From the NCBI GenBank assembly GCA_964016885.1, contig OZ024740.1, positions 297,228,001 through 297,292,000 on the forward strand: 64,000 nucleotides of DNA. Reading direction: 5' to 3'. The notes below the pieces were generated by a model, which was given only the letters and a program-made list of their open reading frames with translations, was not told the DNA's origin and did not search any database. The translations under genes and the position numbers were made by a program. Of the stretch, positions 39,701-51,800 are shown piece after piece (within the stretch, counting starts at the first letter, position 1; each line of letters begins with the position of its first letter). Source of the DNA: Eledone cirrhosa. Lineage: Eukaryota.

Positions 39701-41918
39701 GGTCAGAGACGGTGGCGGACTTCAGTCCCTACCTCGATGCCTTGCCGCAACTCTCGACGGCCGACGCTGGGCGCTGCGAAAGGCCGATTACTTCAGCCGA
39801 GATTCAGGATGCCCTTGTCGGCTGCATGAGGCGCAAGTCACCCGGTTTGGATGGTCTGCCCTACGAGCTTTACGTAAATATGCCAGACTTGTTCTCCAAT
39901 CTCCTCGAAGCGCTCTACTGCAACTGGAAGCAGAACGGGAGTATTCCCAGTTCTGTGAGCCGGGGCGTAGTGACGCTTATAAGGAAAGACGAGAACAAGA
40001 GGGACACATTAGACAATTTCAGGCCCATAACTCTGCTCGACACAGAGTTTAAGATTTTGGCCAGGGTGTTAGCGAAGAGGTTGGCGCTTGTCGTCGGGGA
40101 TTTGGTTGGGGAGGTGCAAACTTGTGCAATCCCAACCAAGTCCATACACGACAACCTCCACCTAATGCGATGCATTATAGGGAGGGTAGGGTGTAAACCT
40201 GGCTTCGGTAGGGCTCTGTTCAATTTAGATCAATCAAAAGCATTCGATAGGGTCGACCATCGGTACCTGGAGGCTGTCCTCAAGGCGGCTGGCTTCGGCC
40301 CCGTCTTCAGAAGCTAGATCGCTGCAATGCACAGCGGCACCTGCTCGGTGGTCAAAATTAATGGCCACCTCTCGGAACCATTTCAGGTCCGTCAAGGATG
40401 CCCTCTCTCCTCCCTTCTGTACGTATTGACTCTCGAGCCTTTACTGCGGAAGCTGGAGCTGTTGCAGGGCATCCCACTCGAACCGGGACGCGGAAAGGCT
40501 GTGTCGGCTTATGCGGACATCACCGTCATGGTGTCGGACACCTCAGAAATCGAGGTGGTCGGCAATTTATTGGAGGAATATGAAAGGTTGACGGGAGCAA
40601 AACTTAACCCGGAAAAGTCGGTGGGCTTGCAACTCGGCACCTGGAGAGGCAAGTCCACTGGACGGACCGGTAAAGTTGCTCGGGGTTTGGTTCGGGCCAT
40701 ACCTCCAGGTGGATAGGAATTGGGACGAGGTGACGGTCAGGGTAGCCAGTCTCACCCAGAAATGGGCTGGGAGGAAGTTATCACTGAAAGGTCGGGCGGA
40801 GGTGGCGAACGCGTACATCGCGTCCGTCATCTACTACCGTCTGACTGTCCTCCCTTGCCCCCGTTCACGCCTCGCCATCTTGGAGAGGCTCCTCTTCAAA
40901 TTCTTGTAGAGGGGTCAGATTCCGCTGGTGAGGCGGTCCATCTGCTGCCAGCACCCTCTACGTGGAGGTCTGGGCATGCCATGGCTAATGATGCGCAGAC
41001 ACGCGCTGAGGCTGCGGCACCTCCAGATATTCTGCCTAAACGGTGAACTGGGCTGCAGTCCTGGGCCAAGAAGCGACCGAGACTGGGTGACTGGCAATTG
41101 GAATGTTGCCAGGCACTCACTGCCCTCTACCAGGCGGGCAATGCGGTCAGTGGAACTTCCACTCTCGAGTTCTATAGAGGATTAGTGGTGGGCAAGTGCG
41201 GCGACGCACTCGGAGAGGCTCTAGGAGTCGACGAAGTCGAACTAACCAGTCTGTTCCGGAGGACTTTTGAGCCGGGGAGGATGGATAATTTCCAAAAATC
41301 CCTCGCTTGGCAGTGCTACTGGGGGGCACTGCCTGTTCGAGATAAACTCTACAGGCACGGAAGTGGTGTCAGACGGACCTGCACAAGATGCGCGCAGAGC
41401 GACGAGAACGTTCTGCACGTATTCGTCCAGTGTCCGTGCATTACTGACTTGTGGAGTTATGTTGAACAACTGTTGTCGCGTGTAGAACGGATCCGGCTAT
41501 CGGCCGAGTCCATAGTGAATCCCTCATCAACTTTTTCAAGTTTCACTTGGAAAGGAAGGTGAGAGTGGAGAGAGAAGTGCTCCTCCCCCCGTACGTTTTC
41601 TGAAAGGTGGGTGAATGTGGCGAGAATGGCCCGTGTGAGTGGGGCTACTCTGGTCATGCGCCTGTAGGTGGGTAAATTTGAGGAGGAGAGGGGTGCCCTT
41701 CCAGGGTGCTCTCGAAGCGTCGAGTCGTTCAGGATTGGTGGGGTACCTGAGCGAACCCTGGGTGGTCATCCCCCCGATTGGGGAATTTTTCTTGTACTTT
41801 TCTTGTTACTTTGTTATTGTTATTCATATTGTTTACTCGATTTTTCTGTAAAAGACCACTGTCCCAGTATTTTGTATTGTCCCCTATATGTCGGCCCTTG
41901 TGGCCAATAAATTAAATC
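36726..41918 (+). mobile_element. Tx1 LINE copy C (divergent subfamily, decayed)
   Basis: CFVCGEKTHLRAFC knuckle; ORF2 from 38468 (SLNVRGL, GDWNG, SDHK, AYAD, CTRC..HVFVQC); ends AATAAA and (ATT)n. Confidence 0.9.
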
Positions 41919-41943
41919 ATTATTATTATTATTATTATTATTA

Positions 41944-42122
41944 TGGATTGGCAGTATCGGTAGAGGGTCGGACGCCATGCTTTCCAGCATAGTTACGTCC
42001 CTTTATGATCTGAGTTCAAATCCCGCCGAGGTTGACTTTGCCTTTCATCCTTATGGGGTCGATAAAAAAAAGTACCAGTAATGCACTGGTTGATTGCTGG
42101 CCTTGTGCCTAAAGTAGAAACA

Positions 42123-42125
<3 letters not shown>
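41944..42125 (+). mobile_element. tRNA-derived SINE (family 1) between two (ATT)n tracts
   Basis: A-box TGGCAGTATCGG, B-box GAGTTCAAATCCC, 3' GGC-CTTGT-GCC, AGTAGAAACA(ATT)n. Confidence 0.9.
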
Positions 42126-42164
<39 letters not shown>

Positions 42165-45100
42165 GAATGCCATGGTTGACGGAGGCTCGGCTCTGTAAGG
42201 TATAGTAATTTTTAACAGTTATAACAATTGTAATTTATTAAAACTTGAACCAAATTGTAGATAAAGACACCCTCCTCCTCGTTAGAGGGGTCTTTCTGTC
42301 CGTTATTTGGCCCTTCGGGGTTAAATAACCAGTTATTGGGGTTTTGTACCCAATATTCATTTTAAACCGGAAAAAAAACATGGCTACAAAAAAGAATTTT
42401 CACAAGTCACTCCCACTCCTTCCGTCTTCTTCTTCCCCAATCGTCATTACGTCAGAGAAAAGATTGTCTCTCTCCCTCCCTTCTCTAAATGTAGTGTCGC
42501 CTCTGTCGCCTCTTTCACAAGCGACGCCATTAAAGAAAAAGAAAAATGTAGTTTCTCGTAGCGTTCTTCATCAAGAGAACGCGCGTACCGTGGAACATTT
42601 CTCCACAACGACGACAACGACGAAAGATATGTGCGGTAAATACGGAAAGCCATTTCATTCGTCTGACGTCATGAAGAATAGCAGCAGCAGCTGTAATAAC
42701 AGCAGCAGCAGCAACAGTGGCGAGGAAAATACTAGTAGCAGCCGCATCAACATCAACAGCAGCATAAACAACAACAGCAGCAGCAACAGCAACAGCAACA
42801 ACAACAGCAGCAGCAACAGCAACAACAAAACAACAACAACAGCAACAGCGGCGGCGGCGGTCGTAGTACCAGCAGCAACAACAAAAGTAACAGCAGCTCT
42901 GACGACAACAACAACAACAACAAGAAAGAAAAACCAATCTCGTTTGCAGGTATCGCAAAGAACCTGGAAACCATCCTTATAACAAATGAGGAATTACAGG
43001 AAGCAAAGAAGATGGTGACGAAAACCGGACACCGAGCAATCTGCAAGGCAGCCGAAGAATCTTTCGAAAACCAACAGCACTGTACGGTCACGTACCGTAC
43101 ACTAAGCACAAAATCACATTGGGTTGAAAGAGCCACAGAGGCTCAAATGCAAAAAGCCTAAGGGTCTGTGTGGCAGCGGAAAACGCATATCACCCGAGGC
43201 AAGAAATATGCCACCGTGGACGTGCTTTTTGCAACACCCCAGGAGGCAAAGGCTCAATCCTTAGTGACCCTAAGGAGCGAGGAAATGGTGTTGGTGCCCT
43301 CCTACTGCGGGCAAAAAATTGTGAGGGTCAAACTGACCCAAGTTACCCCCGGGGTGGCCCCTTTCTTGGCTGACCGCATCTGACCTGCAAGTACAGAAAA
43401 AAAGTACGAGAAGATTGGGTCGGCGCCTCCATTGAGATGTTATTTCAAACCAACCAGGAGTGCATCGAAGCTATCCCGGATGTGATTGACTTCGATAACG
43501 GCACTCAACTTCCCATAAGTGTTGAGGGCAAACGCCCGAAATGCTTTCGCTGTGGGTCGAAGACTCACCTCAGGGCCTTCTACAATGAGAAGACTCCGAG
43601 AAAGGAGAAAACACCCCTCCTTCCGAAATCGGCTCCACTGCTACCAGCAACAGGACAGGCGGCAACCAGGAAGGATAGGTCCGTGGCACCCTTACCCACG
43701 CCACGGAAATCAAGAACAGCAGCAGCAGTGGAAGTATTAACAACAACAACAGTAATACCAACTGCAGCTGCAACAGAGACTCCACTGTAACCATCACCAA
43801 CAAGAACAAGTGAAAGAGTTGAGCTGATACCCCTCCCCGACCTCACAGAATCGGACATGGAGTGTGAGGTGGGAGAGGGATGGCAAAAGGTCGGAAGAAG
43901 GCACAAACGCAGAAGTAGCGCATCGTCGTCTTCGAAAAGGGGGGGAGGAAGAAATGAAAAAAGGGTAAAGACTACTGCAAAGATACTTACAGCAGCAAGA
44001 CCACCAACATCATCACCACCCACACTAGCAATACCATCACCACCGGCGACAACGCCACCGCCAACAACAACAACAACACCTTCAACAACACCACCACAAG
44101 CACCAACATCACAAAAACAACAACAAAACACACACACCCAGCAACAACGACAAGAAAATAGCAGAACCACACCTCACCCCCAGGAAAAGAAATGCACAAC
44201 AATAAATACACACAAAAAACTAATGACTTACATAATTGAACACACAGACATTTCACAGCACGACTACATAATACCAGCACCAATCAAAACACCAACGAAC
44301 ATAAGACTGGTAAGAATATCACAGAAACAATACACAAACATTAAAATGAAATTCCCCAACGCAGTTGGTGATTTCAGAGACCTAGGAGGGACACTCAACC
44401 GGAGTGTATACTCGGATATACTCACAGAAGAGCCGACGACCAGCCGAAGGGACGATTCAGCGGTCCCTTCACCAGACGATCAAGGTAAAGTGATCCTTTC
44501 TCATTTGCCCCGTTCCTCACCCAACATGGCCGTATTCAGGATCGGAAATGTAAACGTGCGTGGCTTGAGCTCGGTTTGGAAGCAGGCTCACTTGCTTAAC
44601 GACCTCAGGTCACTAAACATAGATGTGGTGGCCATCAGCCAGACGAGAATCTCCGAAATGCAAGCTTTCGCACCGATCTTCGACGGTTACGAGGTGTACG
44701 CATCTCCGAGCCGTCCGGGAGCGGGAGGCGGAGTGGCTGTGTTGTTTCGGAAAGGCTTGGGTCTCGCCATACGGATCATCTTCCTGGACCCTGAAGGTAA
44801 GTCGGTAGTGCTGGACGTAAGCGGCACCGAAGACAACGCTTTGAGGCTAGTGGCCGTCTATGCCTCGAAAGGGACAGGGCGGCCAGATTTTTTTAGACGT
44901 CTAGAGACCTTTCTTGGAACGTCCCGCTCTTTAGTGTTAGTGGGCAACTGGAACGGTATCTTGGATGCACGCTGGGATTATGTGGGGCTAGTGGATAGGG
45001 GAGGAGGGTGCAAGAGCCTCACCAACCTGCTCAGACGTTTTGAACTGTCTGACAGGTATTGACTGGATCACCCGAATGTGCCAATGTGGACATGGACAAA

Positions 45101-47365
45101 ACGCATCGGGTCATCCAGATCCTATCTCGATATGGTATTCTGCAGAGAACTAGATAAGGCTAGTATAAGTTGTCCACAATTTAAAATAGTCGACTACACA
45201 GACCACAAATTTGTGATCTGTGAGATCGACATAGACAGACTTCATAGACAAGGACCCGGTTACTGGAAGCTGAACGCGTCTTTCCCGGCGCGCAAAGCCT
45301 ACAGAGACCGGATTAGCGCATTAGTTAAGCGGGCGTTGACGGGAGCGGTGGTCAACAACAGGTGGTGGTTCGCCCTGAAAAGGGCAATTAAAGTAGAGAC
45401 GATTAGGTTTAGCAAAGGAGTAGTGATAGAGGAAAATAGAGTAGAGGGAGAGCTAGTCAAAAAGCTAAAAGAGGCGTTTAGGATAGGCATCGCAATCGAC
45501 GTGCTTGCGGCGAGATTGGCACTCGACCACTTCTTCAACGCAAAACGCGAAGGCTCCGTTGTCAGAGCTAAAGCGCGTGCTCTGAAACACGAGGGGACAA
45601 AAGCCGTCCAATGGACCCGGGTGGTGGAGGCGCGACGTGTCAACAAAGCCACAATTTGGTCTTTATCTGACCAAAACAGGCGCGTGTTGCTCGAACCCGA
45701 GCAGATGTGTCAAGCTTTTCAGCAGATGTACATCGTTGCGATGTACAGCGACATCTGCTCAGTTGTGAAGGTAAACGGTCACCTGTCGCAGTCGTTTAGC
45801 ATCATGTGTTCGGTCCGCCAGGGTTGTCCCCTCTCGTCCCTCTTGTACGTATTAGCTCTCGAGCCGTTACTGCACAAACTGGGGGCGATGAGGAAGCGTC
45901 CCACGCGAACTCGGATGCAGGAAATCCGAGTCGGCTTACGCCGACGATGTCACCGTGGTGGTGTCGAGTACCAGACACGTCCAGATGCTCGGCACCGCTC
46001 TCAAGGAATACGAAGCGGTGACAGGAGCAAAGATAAACCAGGAAAAGTCGGTGGGCTTGCAGCTCGGCAGTCCATGCCGTCCGACAGCGTCGTGGGGCGT
46101 TGGACAGACGGACCGGTTAAATTGCTCGGGGTCTGCTTCGGGCCGGAGCGAGGGGACGAGCAAGGTGGCCTTCCTCACCCAGAAATGGGCCGAGAGGAAG
46201 CTGTCCCTGAAAGGCCGGGCGGAGGTGGCAAATGCGTACATCGCATCCGTCATCTGCTACCACCTCACCGTCGTCCCTTGCCCCGGCCCAACTCTCACCA
46301 AAATAGAGCGCCTCCTCTTCCGCTTTTTGTGGAGGGGACGCACTCCCATGGTCAGACGATCCATCTGCTGTCAACACCCATTGCGTGGAGGACTGGGCAT
46401 GCCATGGCTGATGATGCGCAAACATGCGCTGAGGCTGCGACATCTCTGGTGCCTCCTTGACGGTGAACAGGTGTGGTCGCCGTTCGCCAGGCACGTTTTC
46501 CCACAGCTCGTCTCCTTGATGGAGTTGCAGTCCTGGGTCAGGAAAAGACCGAGGGATAGCGCTTGGAAACTGGAATGTCTCCAAGCGCTCACTGCCCTCT
46601 GCCAGCTGGGCACCAGTATCGGTGGAACATCCACCTCAGCGTTCTATAGAGGACTAGTGGAGGGGAAGAGCGACGACGTTTTTGGAGATGAAACCGTCGA
46701 TGAAACCGTCGTGCACGCACTCGTTCAGTGCCCGAGCATTGCTGACTTGTGGAGCTATGTCGAACAGTTGCTGTCGCGTGTAGGACTGAGTCCATTGTGC
46801 AGATGGTCTCACCGTCTTCCTTCGAGGAGGAAGGGCAGGCTGTTTTCATCTGCCGGGTGGCCATGGCGAAAGAGATTGTGTGGTGGACAAGGTTGAAAGG
46901 GTTAAAGATAGATACTTTCCTCTTCGGCGAATCCCTGATTAACTTTTTCAAGTTTCACTTGAAGAGGAAAATCCTGGTAGAGAGGCAAGTACTGCCTTGT
47001 AGCAAGTTTGTTGAAAGGTGGGTGAATGTAGCGAGAATGGTCCGAGTGAACGGGACCGCTCTGAGTATACGCCTGTAGTTTGAGAAATGGAAACATTCAG
47101 AGAGGGTGTTAGCCCTGGCTGTCAGGGTGGCCGTGGTCTTTTGTGTGGTTTTCGCCACGAGTAACACTAGGAGGTTTCCTCCCTATTGAGGAATTTTTCA
47201 TTGTTTCAATTTTCATTTTTATTCTTTATATATATGTATCTATGTCTTTTTTTCTTTTCTTATATAAATAATAAAAATCTTTACACGCACAAAAACCACA
47301 TTACCGTCCTGTGCCGTCTGAAATGTTTTTCTTGATGTCAGCCCTTGTGGCCAATAAATGAAATC
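42165..47365 (+). mobile_element. Tx1 LINE copy D (third subfamily, both ends present, internal deletions)
   Basis: (ATT)n on both sides; ORF1 CFRCGSKTHLRAF; ORF2 from ~44526; RT partly deleted at ~45725. Confidence 0.9.
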
Positions 47366-47512
47366 ATTATTATTATTGTTGTTGTTGTCGTTATTGTTTG
47401 AGGTTGCTATTGTTATTATTCCTATTGTTACTGCCATTGATGTTGGTCGTCCTGGCTGCGTGTGTGTTGTTGTTTCTAGTGTGCTTTTTGTTTGAGTATA
47501 TATATATATATA

Positions 47513-48068
47513 TAAATGAAAATATAAATGAAAATAGAGAAATTAATGTGAGCAAGAAGCCAACAGTATTTCATAATATATAAGTGACTATAACGTCAAG
47601 ATGGAAAATATTTAACGTCAGATATGGGAAAATAATTCAAACTCAATTAAAAAAAAAGTCAAGACAGAAATTCTATCCACAGCTTTTGAGAAATCCAGGG
47701 AAAAAACCAATAGAGTCTTAACTCAGAATAAAATTAAGGTAAAATACTCATCATTCTATTTGGAAAAACTACAAATGCTCTATATAGTCTTAAAAAGACT
47801 ATTTCACGAAACTTTTCAGTGGGGTTAGTCACGGTTGGAGTCGTTCATCAGTAGAGCTCCAAACGGTAACCAAAAGCCACTGTTAAAATATGCCAGAAAG
47901 GGAATTTAAAAGCAGGCTAGTAGACCTTGTGTGGAATTATGAAAGTAAACACATATGGAGAACAAAGCTAATGACGTCAGAATGAGACGAATTTCTGTTT
48001 ACAAGAAACAGCAGTCAAAACATTCCGAAAAAAACTCAACAAAAAAATATGGAGTTCAGCATATATAT

Positions 48069-48100
<32 letters not shown>

Positions 48101-48500
48101 GAATGTATGTATAGTATATTTGGCAATATACCGTATGTTTAATTAAAAACATTTAGAAGACCATAGGCTATCAGTTTTAAAGTAGTGACTACGTCACTTC
48201 TTTTCGCCGAAAATTATAGAAGCTGGATTCTTATAGAATGTATAATCCGGAACTGATTATACAGAGCGATTTCCGGTCCAGCAAAAATTAGGTATTAGGA
48301 TTATTACTGGTAGAGCACTGATAAGCTTTTCTCCTCCTTTAGTCCTCGCCAGTGTTCTCTTAATCTCTCTCTTATGTTTTATACAAGGAGAGACGGGCTG
48401 TATTTCTTTGTATGTCGCTGTCTGGCGTCTGCATCGTCCCTCTGCACTTCGTATTCTATAGACTACATTTCTAGTTTTGCAAGACATGAAATGTACTGAC
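47513..48500 (-). mobile_element. Decayed PLE 3' fragment (GIY-YIG plus pseudo-LTR)
   Basis: SCKTRNVVYRIRSAEGRC is homologous to NCKTRNVVYSIRCTEGQC at ~58340; 3' end abuts (TA)n. Confidence 0.65.
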
Positions 48501-48654
48501 AATACACACCCAGGAACACAAACAAAAAACACACTAGCAACAACAACAACACATACGCAGCCAGGACCACCAACATCAATGGCAATAACAATAGGAATAA
48601 TAACAATAGCAACCTCAAACAATAAGGACAAAAAAAAAAAAATTATAATAATAG

Positions 48655-48837
48655 TAATACGTTAGGCACAAGGCCAGCAATTACCCACTGGATTACAGGT
48701 ACTTTATTTTATCGACCCCGTAAGGATGAAAGGCAAAGTCAACCTCAGCGGGATTTGAACTCAGATCGTAAAGGGACGTAACTATGCTGGAAAGCATGGC
48801 GTCCGACCCTCTACCGATACTGCCAATCCACCGCCCT
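48655..48837 (-). mobile_element. tRNA-derived SINE (family 1)
   Basis: Paralog of 33845-34045. Confidence 0.88.
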
Positions 48838-48860
48838 AAAAAAAAAAATAATAATAATAA

Positions 48861-51800
48861 TGCTTTATTTATTAACCACAAGGGTTTACATCAAGTAGAC
48901 ATTAAGGACAGTACAGGACAATACAGGACGGTACAAATGGGCATTTCTGCGTGTAAAAAACAAAAACAGAGGATGTAACAAAAAAATAACAATGAAAAAT
49001 TCCCCAATAGGGGGGAGACTTCCGAGGGATATTCGTGGAGAAAGCCCATTAAAAAAGGTCACGGTGACCCTGACCGACAGGGCAAGTGCCATCTTCCAGT
49101 TTTCCACCTTCAATTTACAGGCACATACTCAGACGGGCAATTCTTGCCTCTCTCACATATCTTTCAACAAAATGCTGGGAAGAGAGCACTTCCCTCTCTA
49201 CCCTGATTTTCCTTTTTAAATGAAATTTGAAAAAGTTAATCAGGGCATCACCGAAGAGGTGAGTGCTCATCTTCAGCCCTTTCAAACGCGTCCACCATAC
49301 TATCTCTTTCGCCATGGCCACCAGACAGATAAAAATTGCTGCCCTTCCCGGCTAAAGGAAGAGGGCGGTGCAATCCTCACGATGGACTCAGCTGATAGCT
49401 GGATTCGTCCTACACGCGACAGCAGGTGTTCGACATAAACCCACAAGTCAGCAATGCTCGAACACTGGACGAGTGCGTGCAGAACGGTTTCGTCGCCCTG
49501 CGCGCATCTCGGACATGCCCTGCTGACGGCACCTTCATGCCTGTAGAGTTTATCCCGAACTAGCAAAGTTCCTCGGTAGCACTGCCAGGCCAGGGATTTC
49601 TGGAAATTGTCCATAGGCCCCGGCCCGAAAGTTTTTCCGAAGAGATTGGCTAGTTGATTTTCGTCGACGCCTAGAGTTTCATCAAGTACGTCATCGCTCT
49701 TCTCCTCCACTAATCCTCTATAGAACGCCAAGGTGGAGTTTCCACCGATCCCATTGCCCGATTGGTCGAGGGCTGTGAGCGCCTGAAGACATTCCAGTCG
49801 CCAAGCGCTCCCTCTCGGTCTTCGCTTGAACCAGGACTGCAGCTCCGTCAAGGAGACGAGCTGTGGAAAGACGCGTCTAGCAAACGGCGACCACACCTGA
49901 TCACCGTCGAGAAGAGGTGTAGATGTCGTAGCCTGCGCGCGTGTCTGCGCATCATCAGCCACGGCATGCCCAGCCCTCCACGTAGCGGGTGTTGACAGCA
50001 GATGGACTGCCTGACCATCGGAGCGCATCCTTTCCACACAAAGTGAAAGAGCAAACGCTCCAGCGCAGTCAGGCGGGGATTAAGACAAGATACGACGGTC
50101 AGGCGGTAGTAGATGACGGACGCGATGTACGCGTTAGCCACCTCCGCTCGACCTTTCAGGGATAGCTTCCCCTCCGCCCATTTCTGGGTGAGAGAAACCA
50201 CCCTGCTCGTCACCTCGTCCCAGTTTTTGTCCGTCTGGAGATCCGGACCGAACCAGATCCCTAGCAATTTAACCGGTCCGTCCGTCCAGCGCCCGACGAC
50301 GCTGTTGGAAGGCATGGGCCTGCCTCTCCAGGTGCCGAGCTGCAGGCCCACTGACTTTTCTTGGTTGATCATTGCTCCTGTCACCGCTTCGTATTCTCTT
50401 AGTGTGGTGCCGATCGTCTCAATGTGTTTGGCGTTCGACACCACTACGAAGACATCGTCTGCATATGCTGACACGGATCTTCCGCATCCTAGTTCGCGCG
50501 GGACCCCCCTCAACGTCTCCAGTTTGTGCAGTAATGGCTCGAGAGCCAATACGTACAAGAGGGACGAGAGGGGACATCCTTGGCGGACCGAGTGCATAAT
50601 GTTGAACGGTTCCGAAAGGTGACCGTTCACACTCACCACAGAGCAGATGTCGCTGTGCATGGCAGCGATCCAGCCTCTGAAGACGGGCTCAAAGCCAGCC
50701 GCCTTCAGAACTGCCGCTAGGTAAAGATGGTCGACCCTATCGAAAGCTTTCGACTGATCTAAATTGATCAAGGACCCAGCCGTGCCAGGTTCCCTAGGTA
50801 CCCTCTCTATGATGTATCGCATGAGGTGGAGGTTGTCGTGGATGGATCTGTCGGGAATGGCGCATGTCTGCGCCTCTCCCACCAGACCTCCAACGACAAG
50901 CGCCAACCTCTTTGCTAGCACCTTGGCCAAAATCTTGAACTCAGAGTTATGGGCCTGAAATTATCTATGTTATCCCCCTTGTTCGGATCCTTTCTCAGCA
51001 GCGCCACCGCTCCTCGGCTCACAGAGCTGGGAATTCTCCCGTTCGGTTGCCAGTTGCAGTAGACGTCCGCCAAGAGGCCTCCGAACAAGTATGGCATCTG
51101 TACGTAAAGTTCATAAGGCAGACCATCCAAACCAGGGGATTTACCCCTTGTGCAGCCAGTCATTGCCTCCCGTACTCCAGCGGCTGTTATCGGCTTTTCG
51201 CAACACTCCGCCTCAGTGGCCGAGAGCCGCGGCAGTCCGTCGAGGTAGACACTAAAGCCCATCCCTCGATCCGACCCGCCGCTGCCCACGAACAGTTGAG
51301 CGAAGTGTCGCTGAAAAGCTTCACACATTTGCCCGGGATCGAGTAGCATGCCTCCGTCGTGGTCCACCAAAGACCTGATCGTGGCTTTGTTGCCACGACA
51401 CCCCTCCGCCACTCGGGCCCATTGAACGGCTTTCGTCCACTCGTGTCTGAGAGCACGCACCCTAGCTGTGACAACGCAGCCTTCGTGCTTTGCATTGAAG
51501 AATTGGTCAAGAGCCAATTTCGCCGCAAGTACATCGGTCGCGATGCCTTTGCTAAGCGCCTCGTTTAATTTTCTAACTAGTTAAACAGAGCAAACCACCA
51601 CTTGTTGTTGACGCTCGCTTAACTAGTTCACTAATCCGGTCTCTGTAGACCTTACGCGCTGGTAAGGACGCGTTTAGCTTCCACTAGCCGGGTCCTCGTC
51701 TATGAAGCCTATCTAAGTCAAGCACACAGATCACGAATTTGTGGCCGTGTAGCTGACTATCTTGAATTGTGGTCAGCCTATGCTAGACCTATCTATTTCC

